Shown here: one piece after another, positions 1 to 12,894 of the stretch
Layout: every line of letters begins with the position of its first letter
Numbering within the stretch: the first letter of the stretch is position 1
Assembly: GCA_963823655.1 (NCBI GenBank)
Contig: CAWGMK010000006.1
Coordinates: forward strand, 1-64,000
Source of the DNA: an uncultured Bacillota bacterium
Lineage (GTDB): Bacteria > Bacillota > DTU025 > MWDF01
Reading direction: 5' to 3'
Length of the DNA: 64,000 bases
The notes under the pieces: generated by a model
Database searches by the model: none
The model's input: only the letters and a program-made list of their open reading frames with translations
What the model was told of the DNA's origin: nothing
Position numbers and translations under genes: made by a program

Positions 1-1172
1 CCAAAGCCCTGCCCGGGGCGGCGCTCGCGGGCGGTGACGACCTCCCGCCGTTCACGGGAGGCGCCGTCGGCTACGCGGGCTACGACGCCGTGCGCCGCCT
101 CGAGAAGCTCCCCGCACGAACCCGGACCCGATCGGGCTTCCCGACGCTGGTTCGGGGTCTTCGACTCCGTCATCGCTTTCGACCAGCCCGCCATCGTTTG
201 CTCTTCGTCACGCACGTCGGAGAGGGAGACGAAGAGGAGGAAGAGGCTTACGAAGGATAAGAGGGCTGGAAGCCCGCGCCACCGCCACGCTCGCGTCCGC
301 GGCGCCGCCGTTGGCCGCGGGCGGGGCCCCCCTTACCTTCAAAGAGACTCTTCCTCTTCCGTCTTTTCTTGCCGCGGTCGAGAAGGCGAAGGAGCACATC
401 CGCGCGGGGACGTCTTCCAGGTCGTCCTCTCGCGGCGCTGGTCGGCGCCGTCGACGGGGACACGTTCTCGGTCTACCGCGCGCTCCGGCGCGTCAGCCCG
501 TCGCCCTACCAGTACTACCTGAGGACGCCCGACGGCGTGATCTTCGGCGCCTCGCCCGGAGCGGCTCGTGCGGGCCGGCGACGACGACGGTCGAGACGAT
601 CCCCCTCGCCGGGACGCGCCGCGCGCGGCGCGACGCAGGAGGAGGACCTCGCCCTCGCGCGCGAGCTCCTCGCCGACGAGAAGGAGCGGGCCGAGCACGT
701 CATGCTCGTCGACCTCGGGCGGAACGACCTCGGGCGGGTCGCCGCGCCCGGGACGCGTGCGGGTGCCGCGACTTCTTCACGGTCGAGCGCTTCTCGCACG
801 TCATGCACCTCGCCTCGCGCGTGACCGGGCACGCTCGCCGAGGGCAAGGACGCCGTCGACGCCCTCGCCGCGACGTTCCCGGCCGGGACGCTCACGGGCG
901 CGCCGAAGATCCGGGCGATGGAGATCATCGAGGAGCTCGAGCCGGTGCGGCGCGGCGCCTACGGCGGCGCGGTCGGATACCTCGACTTCGCCGGGCACCT
1001 CGACATGGCGATCGCGATCCGGACGGCGGTCGTGAAGGACGGGGTCCTCCACGTCCAGGCGGGCGCCGGCATCGTCGCCGACTCGCGTCCCGAGGCCGAG
1101 GCGGACGAGTGCGAGAGCAAGGCGTGGGCGCTCATGCGCGCCGTCGACGCGCGCGAAGGAGTCGAGCCGTGA
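1..1172 (+). CDS. trpE: Anthranilate synthase component I (5'-partial, multiple frameshifts)
   Basis: Fragments across frames: [76 protein letters not shown]; stop TGA 1170-1172. Confidence 0.95.
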
Positions 1173-1744
1173 TCCTCGTCGTCGACAACTACGACTCCTT
1201 CACCTTCAACCTCGTCCAGGTCCTCGCGACGCTCCACGGCGACGTCCGCGTCGTGCGGAACGACGCGGTGACCGCGGACGAGGCGCTCGCGACGCGCCCG
1301 CGCGCATCGTCATCTCGCCCGGGCCCGGGCCGCCCGGAGGACGCGGGGATCAGCGAGCGAGCTCATCCGCGCGCGACGAGGACGTCCCGCTCCTCGGCGT
1401 CTGCCTCGGCCACCAGGCGCTCGGCGCACGTCTTCGGCGCCTCGTCGTGCGGGCGCCCGGTCCTCATGCACGGCAAGACCTCGGAGATCCGCCACGACGG
1501 GAGGGGCATCTACGCCGGCCTGTCGAACCCGTTCGTCGGCGACGCGCTACCACTCGCTCGTCGTCGAGCGCGCGAGCGTTCCCGCGCTGCCTCGACGTGA
1601 CGGCGGAGACGCCGACGGGATCGTCATGGGCCTCGCGCCACCGGACGCGGCCCCTCGTCGGGCGTCCAGTTCCACCCGGAGTCGATCCTGACGCTCGAAG
1701 GCGAGCGGCTCCTCGGGAACTTCGTCGAGCGGGGCGTCGGGTGA
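1169..1744 (+). CDS. trpG: Anthranilate synthase component II, glutamine amidotransferase (frameshifted)
   Basis: GTG start overlaps trpE stop; [43 protein letters not shown]. Confidence 0.93.
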
Positions 1745-2786
1745 GCGACGCTCCACCGTGCGCCCTGAGGCTCGTGATGGCGGGGCGGACGCTCTCGAGG
1801 GAGGAGGCGCGCCTCGCCGTCGAGGAGATGCTCATGGACGGGATTCTCGACCGTCGCGGGCCGCCGCGCTCCTGGCCGCGATGGCGCGGCGGGGCGAGGC
1901 AGCGGAGGAGGTCGCGGGCTTCGTCGACGCGCTCCGCGCCGCGGGCGACGCGGGTCCCGGTCGCCGGCGGAGCTGGCCGCGCGCGCGGTCGACGTCTGCG
2001 GGACGGGCGGCGACGGGCAGGGGACGTTCAACGTCTCGACGGCGGCGGCGTTCGTCGTCGCCGGGGCGGGCGTCCCGGTCGCCAAGCACGGCAACCGCGC
2101 CGTCTCCTCGGCGAGCGGCTCGGCCGACGTCCTCGCCGCGCTCGGCGTGAGGATCGACATGCCGCCGCCGGTCGCGCGCGCGCGCCCTCGTCGAGGCGAA
2201 CGTCACGTTCCTCTTCGCGCCGGCCTACCACCCGGCGATGAAGTCCGTCGGGCCGATGCGGCGCGAGCTGGGCGTCCGCACCGCCTTCAACCTCGCCGGT
2301 CCGCTCGCGAACCCCCTCGGCGTGACGCGGCAGCTCGTCGGCGTCGACCGGCCCGTCCGGGTGCCGGTCCTGGCGCGACGCCCTCGCCGCGCTCGGCGCC
2401 GAGCACGCGCTCGTCGTCTCCAACTCGGGCGCGGGGGACGAGCTGCCTCCCGCACGGCCTGACGATCGTCGCGGAGGTCGTCGGAGGGGGAGGTCCGCGC
2501 TCGAGGAGTGGACGGCGGCGACGTTCGGCGTCGCCGAGCGCGACCCGCGCGACATGGCGGGCGGAGACGCGGAGACGAACGCGGGCATCCTCCGCGCCGC
2601 CTCCTCGACGGCGAGACGGGGCCGCGCCGCGACGCGGTCCTGATGAACGCCGCCGCCGCCCTCTTCGTTTCCGGCGTCGCGCTCGACCTCGGCGACGGGA
2701 TGTCGCGGGCCGCGGCGTCGATCGACGCGGGCGCGGCGCACCGCGCGCTCGAGGCGCTCGTGGCGATCTCGCAGGAGGCCGCGTGA
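1741..2786 (+). CDS. trpD: Anthranilate phosphoribosyltransferase (frameshifted)
   Basis: [78 protein letters not shown]. Confidence 0.93.
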
Positions 2787-4239
2787 GCGTCCGTCGATCC
2801 TCGGCGAGATCCTCGCGGCCCGGCGGCGGCGGCTCGCTGCGGGCGAGCTCGCGGCAGCGGGCGTCGCGGCGAGTCCGCCTCTGACGGCGCCCGGTTCCTC
2901 GCCGCGCCGCCGACGGCGCCCGCTTCGCTGCGCCGCGCTCCGCGTCGCCCTCCGCGGATCCGCATGCTCGTCGCGCGAGATCAAGCACCGCTCCCCGTCG
3001 CGCCGGCGGATCCTCCCCGATGCGGCCGGCGGCGCATCGCGCGGTCGCGCGGGCCTACCGGCGCGCGCGGCGCCGCGGCGATCTCGGTCGTCACCGAGCC
3101 GGACTTCTTCGGCGGCGACCTCGCGTGGCTTCCGGCGGTGAAGCGGCATCTCGGGTCTGCCCGTCCTGATGAAGGACTTCGTCGTCGACGAGGTGCAGCT
3201 CGACCTCGCGCTGTCGCTCGGGGCCGACGCCGTCCTCCTCATCGTGGCGGCGCTCGACGACGCCGACGCTCGCGCGGCTTCACGCGCGCCGCGCGGGCGC
3301 GCGGCCTCGCCGTCCTCGTCGAGGCGCACGACGAGGACGAGGTCCGGCGGGCGCTCGCGGCGGGGGCGGAGGTCGTCGGCCTGAACGCCCGCGACCTCGC
3401 GACGTTCGCGGTCGACCTCGACCGCGTCGCCGCGCTCGGGCGCGCTCCTTCCGCGGGACGTCGTCCGCGTCGCCGAGAGCGGCATCCGCGTCGCGCGCGG
3501 ACGTCGAGCGTCTCGCGGCGGCCGGCTTCGACGCGTTCCTCGTCGGCGAGTCGCTCCTCCGCTCGCGGCGACCCGGCGCGGGCGCTGCGGGCGCTCCGGG
3601 GCGAGGGGACGACCGAGGTGAAGGTCTGCGGGGTCACGCGCGAGGAGGACCTCGCCGCCGCCGAGGAGCTCGGCGCCGACTGGATCGGCCTCAACTTCTC
3701 GCCGCGCTCGCCGCGGCGGGTGACGCGTCGCGAGAGGCCCGGGCGCTTCGCGAGGCGAGCCGCGTTCGGCGAAGGGAGTCGTCGCCGTCGTCGCGGGGAA
3801 CCCCGTCGCCGAGGCCGAGGCGATCGTCGCCGAGGTGCGGCCCGACGCTCTCCAGTGGCACGACGACCTCGCGGCGCGCGACGGACCTCGACGTCCCCGT
3901 CCCGGTCTGGCAGGCCGTGCGAGTCGGGCGGAGGACTCGCTCGAAGAGGCCGGCGTCCTGGCCGGCGCGACGTCCTGCTCCTCGACGCGGCGCACGCCTC
4001 GCTCGCGGGCGGGACGGGAGAGACGTGGGACTGGAGCCTCCTCGTCGCACTTCCCGGCGACGCGGAAGGTCTTCGTGGCGGGCGGGCTCTCGCCGGCGAA
4101 CGTCGCGCGGGCGATCGCGGGCGTGCGCGCCGGCGGGCGTCGACGTCGCCTCGGGCGTCGAGAGCGCGCCGGGCGATCAAGGACCCGGTCGAAGCTCGCG
4201 GCGTTCCTCGCCGCGGTGCGCGGGAAGAGGGGAGGACCG

Positions 4240-4247
<8 letters not shown>
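2783..4247 (+). CDS. trpCF: Probable fused indole-3-glycerol-phosphate synthase / phosphoribosylanthranilate isomerase (frameshifted)
   Basis: [44 protein letters not shown], then without an in-frame stop [50 protein letters not shown]. Confidence 0.85.
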
Positions 4248-5467
<1,220 letters not shown>

Positions 5468-5471
<4 letters not shown>

Positions 5472-6279
5472 GCGGCCGGATCTCGCGCGCCTTCGCGCGG
5501 GCCGCGCGCGAAGGGCGCGCGGCGCTCGTCGTCTTCGTCGAGGCGGGCGACCCGTCGCTCGAGGTGACGGAGCGGCTCCTGCCCGCGCTCGCCGAGGCGG
5601 GCGCCGACGTCGTCGAGCTCGGCGTCCCGTTCTCCGACCCGATCGCCGACGGGCCCGCGATCCAGCGGGCGAGCGAGCGCGCGCTCGCGGCCGGGCACGC
5701 GCCTCGCCGACGTCCTCGACCTCGTCGCCCGCGCCCGGGCCGGCGGGCTCGACGTCCCCGTCGTCCTCTTCGGCTACGCGAACCCCGTCCTGGCGATGGG
5801 GGAGGCCGGCGTTCGCCTCGCGCGCGGCGGAGGCGGGCGTCGACGGCGCCCTCGTGACCGACCTCCCGCCCGAGGAGGGCGCGGCGTTCGCCTCGACCCT
5901 CCGCGCGGCGCGCCTCGACCCGGTCTTCCTCCTCGCGCCGACCTCGCCGCCGCGGCGCGTGAAGACCGTCGGGCGGCTCTCGCGGGGGTTCGTCTACGTC
6001 GTCTCGCGGCCCGGCGTCACGGGGGTCCGCGCGGACGTCCCCGAGGGGCTCGCCGACCTCGTCGCGCGCGTGCGGGCGGGCGTGGGCCGGCTTCCCGTCG
6101 CGGTCGGCTTCGGCATCTCGACGCCGGAGCAGGTGGCGGCGGTCGCGCGGCTCGCCGACGGCGTCGTCGTCGGGAGCGCCGTCGTCCTCGCGATGGAGGG
6201 CGCGGTGCGGCCGGGAGAGGACCCGGTGGCGGCCGCGGCGGCGCTCGTCAGGAGGCTCGCCGCGGCGACGGGCCGATAA
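5468..6279 (+). CDS. trpA: Tryptophan synthase alpha chain (frameshifted)
   Basis: [62 protein letters not shown]. Confidence 0.96.
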
Positions 6280-6287
6280 TCGGAGGC

Positions 6288-7053
6288 GTGAACGGGGAAC
6301 GCCCGGGCGCGCCGGAGCGCGCGTCGCTCACGGCCGTGATCGTCGCGGGCCGACCGGGCGGCGCTCGCGGCCTTCGTCCGCGAGAACGTCGCGCGCCTCT
6401 CCGAGTCCGACGTCCTCCGCTGCCTGCGCCACCCCTACTCGGGCGAGGCGGTCGTCGCCGAGGTCCTCGCGGCGCCGGGGCTCCTCGCGAGCCGGGAGGT
6501 GCGCAAGGCCGTCGCGCTCCACCCGGCGACGCCCCGCGCCGACGCGCTCCGCCTCCTCGAGGACCTCCCGTGGCGCGACCTCGTCGACGTCGGCCGCGAG
6601 GCGCGGACGCCGGCCCCCGTGCGGCACGCGGCGAACCGGCGCATCCTCGAGAAGCTGCCGGGGCTCTCGCTCGGGGAGAAGAGCGGCCCTGGCGCGGCTC
6701 GCCGACCGGGCGCTCGTCGGGCCCTCCTCGACGACGGGGAGGTCGACGTCCTCGTCGCGCTCCTCGGCAACCCGCGGCTCGTCGAGGAGGACCTGACCGC
6801 CTGGCTTCTCGTCCGGCCGCCCGAGGGAGGCGCAGCTCGTCGCTCCTGGCGCGGACGAGCGGTGGATGGCGCGCCCGGCGGTGCGGACCGCCGCTCCTCC
6901 TCTCGCCGCGTCCACGCCGCGGGCCGATCGCGCTCTCGCTCCTGCGCTCGGCGCGGCCGGTCTGGGAAGGCGGCTGCGCGAGACCCTTCCGCCGACCCGC
7001 TGCTCGCCGCCTGCGCCCGGACCCTGCTCGAGAAGGGCCGGGAAGCCGGTTGA
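6288..7053 (+). CDS. Hypothetical alpha-helical repeat (leucine-rich-repeat-variant-like) protein, frameshifted
   Basis: VALHPATPRADALRLLEDLPWRDL, ALLGNPRLVEEDL; similar to the C-terminus of 7997-9044. Confidence 0.6.
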
Positions 7054-7107
7054 CACGGTGCGTTAAACGGCGCCGTATGTAATGTTTGTGTCCCGGAGGG
7101 TTATCGG

Positions 7108-7968
7108 TTGCCGGTGGAAACTCCCCAGGAATTCGGCGAAGAGCTGCGCCGGGAACGCGAGCTCCGAGAGGTCACCCGCGAACAGCTCGCGGACGTGACG
7201 AAGGTCTCCGTGCGTCAGATCGAGGCGCTCGAGAGCGGGGCGCTTCGAGCTTCTCCCTGCGCGGGTCTTCGCGCGCGGCTTCGTCCTCGCGCTCGCGCCG
7301 GCACCTCGGGCTCGACGCGGAGCGGACCGCGGCCGCCTTCAACCACGTCCACGAGGCGTGGTCGGCCGAGCGCGAGCGGACGTCCGCCAGCGCGCCGACT
7401 CCTCCTCGGCCCGCATCCGCCTCTCCCGGCCGCGAAAGAACGTCTCGCTGAACACGACCGCCCTCGGCGTCGGCGTGGCGCTCGTCCTCGCCCTCCTGAC
7501 CGGCGTCGCGGCCGTCCTGAAAGGAAGCGCCGGCGGCGGAGCCGCGCCGCGCGAGGCGCCCGCGGCGACGCCCGTCCCGCGACGCCGACTCCGGCTCCCG
7601 CCGTCATCGCGCGCTGCCGCCGTGCCGGTCGCCGCCGCGACGGTCGCGCTCGCCGCGTCGACGCGGCCCGGCCGGCTCGAGCGCTCGCGCCGCCGGCGCC
7701 GGCCGGCCGGACCCTCACCCTCACGTTCAGCGACGACTGCTGGACCGAGGTGAGCGTCGACGGCCGCGTCGTCGCGGCCGAGCTCTTCCGCAAGGGGACG
7801 AAGCGCGCCGTTTCGAGGGGGGCGCACGTTCGTCCTGACGCTCGGGAACGCCGGGGGCGTCGAGGTCGACGTCGACGGCGCCGCCATCGGCGCCGTCGGC
7901 AGCTCGGGCAGGTCGTGAGGAACTTCGTCATCGGCGAAGCGGCCGACGGCTCGCCCCAGGGCGGCTGA
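7108..7968 (+). CDS. RodZ-like protein (N-terminal XRE-type HTH, TM helix, C-terminal DUF4115-like domain), frameshifted
   Basis: FGEELRRERELREVTREQLADVTKVSVRQIEALESG; hydrophobic ALGVGVALVLALLTGVAAVL; C-terminal DDCWTEVSVDG...LTLGNAGGVEVDVDG. Confidence 0.8.
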   Translation: MPVETPQEFGEELRRERELREVTREQLADVTKVSVRQIEALESGALRASPCAGLRARLRPRARAGTSGSTRSGPRPPSTTSTRRGRPSASGRPPARRLLLGPHPPLPAAKERLAEHDRPRRRRGARPRPPDRRRGRPERKRRRRSRAARGARGDARPATPTPAPAVIARCRRAGRRRDGRARRVDAARPARALAPPAPAGRTLTLTFSDDCWTEVSVDGRVVAAELFRKGTKRAVSRGAHVRPDARERRGRRGRRRRRRHRRRRQLGQVVRNFVIGEAADGSPQGG

Positions 7969-7996
7969 GCCGCGCTCTGGCGTAAGCTCCGTCCGC

Positions 7997-9044
7997 ATGT
8001 CTTCGGACGGTCCCGAGCTCGACATCCTCGCCTCGATCGAGAGCGGGCAGGCGCCCCGCCGGATCCTCGAGTTCGCCGCGCGCGGCTTCGTCCCGCTCTC
8101 CCCGCGGAGCTCGTCCGGGCCGTCGGGTCGATCCTCGCGCAGGGCGACGCCGAGCTGCGCGCCCTCTGCGAGGAGACGTTCCGGGCGTTCGACGTCGAGG
8201 CGCTCCTCGGGCGCGGTCCGGACGCCGGAGGCCCGGCCCGAGCAGCTCGACGCCATCGCCCGGCGGACCCACGAGCGCGCGGTCCTCGAGGCGGTCCTCC
8301 AGCACCGGGCCGTCGCCGACGCGACGCTCGTCTGGCTCGCGCGGCGCGTCGACGCCCGACCTGCAGGACGTCCTCATCACGAACCAGGCGCGCCTCCTCG
8401 CCGCGCCCGAGATCGTCGAGAGCCTCTTCGAGAACCCCGACCTCTCGACCGACATCCGGCGGCGCGCCGACGAGTTCCTCGAGGAGTTCTTCCTCAAGAA
8501 GGAGCGCGAGCAGGGAGGAGCCGCTTCCCGAGGCGGAGGAGGTCGAGGAGGCCGCGGCGCCGAGCTGCCGCCGCGGCCGCGGCCGGCGACGCGGACGAGG
8601 CGCCGCAGCCGCTCCGGAGGAGGAGGTCTCGAAGGACGTCCTCGTCCGCCTCACCTCGATGACCGTCGTCGCAGCGGATCCGGGTCGCCTTCCGCGGGAA
8701 CCGCGAGGAGCGGCTCTTCCTCGTGCGGGACCCGAACCGGCTCGTCTCGACGGCGGTCCTGAAGTCGCCGAAGACGAACGAGGCGGACGCCGAGGCGATC
8801 GCGAACATGAAGAGCGTCTCGGAGGACGTCCTGCAGGGCGATCGCCCACCGGCGGGAGTGGATGAAGAAGTACTCGCTGATGTCGGCGATCGTGAGGAAC
8901 CCGCGCTCGCCGATCGACGTGACGCTTCCGCTCGTCCTCCGGCTGTCGCAGAGGGACCAGACGGCCCTCTCCACGGACCGGAACGTCCCCGAGGCGGTCC
9001 GCGTCACGGCGAAGCGGATCGTGCAGCGAAGGCAGCTCTCCTGA
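7997..9044 (+). CDS. Conserved hypothetical helical-repeat protein, frameshifted
   Basis: NQARLLAAPEIVESLFENP, GNREERLFLVRDPNRLVSTAVLKSPK, WMKKYSLMSAIVRNPRSP, DRNVPEAVR. Confidence 0.7.
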
Positions 9045-9161
9045 GGCCCCGTCCGGGACCGGGACGCGCTCGCGGCGCTTGAGTTTCCCCGGACGGCCGT
9101 GTGAGAATTTCGCCACAGACTGCGCAAGGGGGCCCGGAAGGCGCGAGCCGACGGGAACACC

Positions 9162-9814
9162 GTGACGAACTACTACGAGATTCTCGGGGTGAGCCGTGAC
9201 GCCTCCGATGAGGTGATCCGGGGCCGGTTCCGCGCCCTGGCGCGGGACGCCCACCCGGACCGGTTCACCGACCCGGCGAAGAAGGCGGAGGCCGAGGCCC
9301 GGTTCCAGGTCCTCACCGAGGCGGTGAACGTCCTGACGAACGCCGCAGCGCCGCAAGGCGCACGACTTCGACCTCGACAAGGGGTCCGGCGGCGCGGCGT
9401 TCGACCCCGCGGCCGTCGCGAAGGTCTACCTCGCCAAGGGGGTCAAGGCCTACCGCGAAGGGGACCTCGCCACCGCGTTCCAGCAGTTCGACCTCTCCGT
9501 CCACCACTGGGGGAAGGACGCGAAGGCCCTGCACTACCTCGCGCTCGTCTGCAGCCGGATCCCGGGCAAGGCCCGGAGGGGAGTCGAGGTGGTCGAGGCC
9601 GCGCTGAAGCTCGACCCGGAGAACGGGGCCGTCCACCGCGAGGCCGCGCGCCTCTACCTGCAGGTCGGCCTCAGGACGAAGGCCGAGCGCCACCTCCAGG
9701 AGGCGCTCACGCAGGATCCCCGAGGACGGCGACGTCCAGAAGCTCGCCACCGAGCTGCGCCCCCCGTCGGACAACAAGGGATTCCTCGGCGGGCTGTTCG
9801 GGCGGAAGGGCTAG
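9162..9814 (+). CDS. DnaJ-domain + TPR protein, frameshifted
   Basis: NYYEILGV...AHPDRF (HPD motif), AEARFQVLTEAVNVL; TPR-like EAALKLDPENGAVHREAARLYLQVG; ends GFLGGLFGRKG TAG. Confidence 0.85.
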
Positions 9815-9823
9815 AATCCGGCC

Positions 9824-10718
9824 GTGGCGTCTCACCGCATTCGGTCTCACCGACGTCGGCCGGAAGAGGAAGCACAACGAAGACGCCTACCTGCTCGACG
9901 CCGAGCGGGGCTCTTCGTCGTCGCGGACGGCATGGGCGGCCACGCCGCGGGCGAGGTCGCCTCCCGCCTGACGGTCGAGTCGATCCAGGAGTTCATCGCC
10001 GGCACGGAGGACGACCACGACAACACGTGGCCGTTCGGGTACAACAACCGCGTACTCCGTCGACGGCAACCGCCTCTCCACGGCGGTCGAGCGCGCCAAC
10101 GAGAAGGTCATGCGCGCCGTCGTGAACCGTCCCGAGCTGAAGGGGATGGGGACGACCGTCGTCGCCGCTCTCTTCGACGAGAAGCGCGCGACGCTCGTCC
10201 ACGTCGGCGACAGCCGCGCCTACCTCCTCCGCGAGGCCGAGCTCCGCCGCCTGACCGACGACCACTCCTGGGTCCAGGAGCAGGTCAACGCCGGGATCCT
10301 CTCGCGAGGAGGAGGCGAAGAGCCACCCGCTCAAGAACGTCGTCACGCGCGCCCTCGGCGGGGGCGCGCACGTCGCCGTCGACCTGATCGAGATCCCCGT
10401 CGGCGCCGGCGACCGGTTCCTCCTCTGCTCCGACGGGCTCACGGGGATGGTCTCCGACGAGGAGATCACGAGCGCGCTCTCGTCGACCCGCTCCCTCGAG
10501 CAGATCGTCCGCGGCCTCATCGACCTCGCCAACGAGCGGGGCGGCGTCGACAACATCACGGCGATCATGGTCGAGGTGAAGGACGTCGGCCCCGGCCGTT
10601 CCGAGGCCGCGAAACGGACCCCGGAGTCTCGCCGGTGGGCCCCGATCTGCCCGAAAACGGCGAGAGCACGGCCGTGACCCTCGACGCCCCCCCGAAGAAC
10701 CCGCCCTCGGGCTCGTGA
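9824..10718 (+). CDS. PP2C-family Ser/Thr protein phosphatase (Stp1/PrpC-like), frameshifted
   Basis: TDVGRKRKHNEDAY, VVADGMGGHAAGEVAS, GMGTT, HVGDSRAY, LTDDHSWV, LLCSDGL, GGVDNIT. Confidence 0.93.
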
Positions 10719-11304
10719 TGCCCGGCATCGCCCGCGCCGCGGCGCTCGTTCTGCTGACTGCGTGGCCCGCGGCAGGGGCTACGCCTCCGGCGGGCCCGGC
10801 GCGTCGTCGCTTCCGCCCTCCGCCTCGCGGGCGGCGGCTCCGCGGCGGGCCACCAGAGCGCGTCGGGGGAGCCGTCGGACGCGGCGGCTGCGAAGCGCCG
10901 CGCGAGATCCTCCGCTCGCCGTACGCCCGGCTGACGGACCGGCGCCCGCTGCGCGGCGGGGGAGTCGTCCTCGCGTCGGATCCGGACCTCGCCCCCGGAA
11001 TGCGCGAAGCCCTGCTGCGCGACCTGCCTCCGGCGCTGTCGGCGCTCGTCGAGCGCGACGGCTGGGCGAAGCCCTTCTCGCTGCGGATGCCGCTGGTCCT
11101 CGAGGTCGTCTCCGGGCCCGCGGCCAGCGCGGGCGGGTGGGACGGCCGCGAGAAGGACGGGTCCCTCCGCAACCCGGTCGCGATCGTGTCCGCCTCTGCG
11201 CGCACGCCTCCGCGGTCCTCCTCGACGTGCTCCACCAGGTCGCGCTTCTCTCGGCCCGCCAGATGGCGCCGGACGAGGGCGGCTGGGCCGCGGAGGGTGT
11301 CGTC
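10715..11304 (+). CDS. Secreted hypothetical protein, truncated at the compositional junction
   Basis: Signal-peptide-like MPGIARAAALVLLTAWPAAGA; GC-rich coding style stops at ~11305. Confidence 0.5.
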
Positions 11305-11764
11305 GATCTTTTCAAAGTGTTCTGGTTTTTGCCGTTTCCCGAATTTGCGGAAGACAAGGATATATTCATGCTGGTCAGCAAGTGCCGGGTCCGCAGGGGA
11401 ACGAAACGAACCCCAGGCCGACCAGTGTGACCGTATCCTTTATTCCAGATGAATTTCTCCGGTTGGCTCTATCTTGTCTTTTGCCCACCAATAAACGCGC
11501 GTAACGTTTGGAAGATACGGACGCCGTTTTGTGTTAGCAATATTGATAATCAACTTACAACCCGGGCGGAGCAATCGCAGACATTCATCCCAAACAGAGT
11601 TCAGGAATTCATGCGCCTTATCAAAGTTCTCAGCTTTGTATACTCTCCCCCATAAATTATTGACGCCCGGATAGGGTGGAGAAGTGATGACGCAATCTAC
11701 GCTCTCCGAGATTCAGAGTTTTCATCACTTCAAGACAGTCACCTTCATATAAAACTTCCCCCAT
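11305..11764 (-). CDS. Site-specific DNA methyltransferase (N4-C/N6-A, beta-class order), 3'-truncated and frameshifted
   Basis: Reconstructed across frames: MGEVLYEGDCLEVMKTL..SVDCVITSPPY..VWDECLRLLRPGCKLIINIAN..AWGSFRSPADPALADQHEYILVFRK. Confidence 0.85.
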
Positions 11765-11905
11765 ACGCTTCGTGTGTATCAATTGAAGTATTGCTTTTTG
11801 GTTATCCGACCTATAATGATGATTCTTTATTTTCATCAAGAAAAGCGATCATCAAAGCCTTTCTTAATTAGCGAAGTGATTTTTGACCTCTTTCTTTATT
11901 TCGCC

Positions 11906-12172
11906 TTATATATCGTGTGGGACTGTTTTACCTGTTCGGCCTTCTCCGCCTTCGGCATTATAGGTACTTTTCTTTTCTCCAATCTTGGCAAGTGTTTTTA
12001 TAGCAGCCTCCAAAACGTCGTCTTTGTAGTATTCAGGCAGATTAGGGTCAAGATTGCCTCCTGCGCCTGTCGGGACACAAAATTCATCATGGCGTCGTCT
12101 CTTTCTTTTGGTCCTATAAATTTTTCGTCTCTTTCGTTCATTTTGTTTCTGTCGTATTTCACCTCCGATCAT
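11906..12172 (-). CDS. Hypothetical protein (frame uncertain)
   Basis: ORF co-oriented in the AT-rich gene string; no motif recognised. Confidence 0.3.
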   Translation of the reverse strand: MIGGEIRQKQNERKRRKIYRTKRKRRRHDEFCVPTGAGGNLDPNLPEYYKDDVLEAAIKTLAKIGEKKSTYNAEGGEGRTGKTVPHDI

Positions 12173-12178
12173 CTCTAT

Positions 12179-12469
12179 TCAAAAATACTTTTCTCGCTCA
12201 GAGAAGTTTTTAATCCTCCTCGTAAAATCTCCCGTTATTTCGTCAAATTTGTTCCAAGTTTCCTTCCCTCTCATCCTTTCAAGTCGAATGATCTTTGCCT
12301 CGCTCATCTCTACATGATGTCTGTCGCAAACAAAGACAACGCCGTCATCTGTCACCACCTCCCAGGTCGCGGATCTAGCCGGCCCGCAGAAAGAACAACT
12401 GAGATTGCTTTTTCTGACGCATTCATCTTTTGTTGTCATTTTCCAACGGGCCATTATTAACTGCTGCAC
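12179..12469 (-). CDS. Small putative zinc-finger protein
   Basis: CSFCG...VCDRH (CxxC...CxxH) arrangement. Confidence 0.5.
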   Translation of the reverse strand: MQQLIMARWKMTTKDECVRKSNLSCSFCGPARSATWEVVTDDGVVFVCDRHHVEMSEAKIIRLERMRGKETWNKFDEITGDFTRRIKNFSEREKYF

Positions 12470-12770
12470 ATACCGTTCTTTATCGCCTCTAATTCATCCA
12501 AACGCGTTTGGTATTCCAGTTGGTCTAAAATCTTCTGTATTCGAGAATTTTCCTCCCAAGTTTCTTGTTCAATTTTTTCAAGTACTGGTTCATCTTCAAT
12601 TTGATAGATAACGCCATAATTTGCCGCCAGATCCCTTATGGCTTGGTCCAAAAGAACGGTCATAGGCTTTCCTGTTGCCTGTTTTAAATTGTAAAGTGCC
12701 CTGATTCTGTCGCTATGAACTTTTGGCTGGTATAAAACTCATCGTTTTTCCTGTCTATTCTGTTTTCCAT
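12457..12770 (-). CDS. Small ribbon-helix-helix-like DNA-binding protein (one frameshift near 12735)
   Basis: Reconstructed MENRIDRKNDE-LYQPKVHSDRIRALYNLKQATGKPMTVLLDQAIRDL, a strand-helix-turn(G)-helix pattern. Confidence 0.5.
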
Positions 12771-12846
12771 GTCGTTATTCGATATTTCTTCGGGAGAAGT
12801 ATTTATCCACCGTATCAGTTAAAAAAGCATTTTCAAGCACTAATTT

Positions 12847-12894
12847 TGGGTATTGTTCGGGTATTTTAGATCGGCTAAGATGGGTATTATTCGG
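12847..12894 (+). repeat. Direct repeat TGGGTATT(G/A)TTCGG, two copies
   Basis: Copies at 12847-12860 and 12881-12894 with one mismatch; partial GGGTATT copy between them. Confidence 0.6.

Noticed and set aside
7050-7085. Sigma70 promoter for the rodZ-like gene (TTGACA at 7050-55)
   Set aside because: The locally AT-rich patch is suggestive, but no -10 hexamer sits at an acceptable spacing.
11774-12460. 228-aa plus-strand Phe/Ser-rich ORF
   Set aside because: Composition mirrors Lys/Glu-rich minus-strand genes; likely an antisense shadow.
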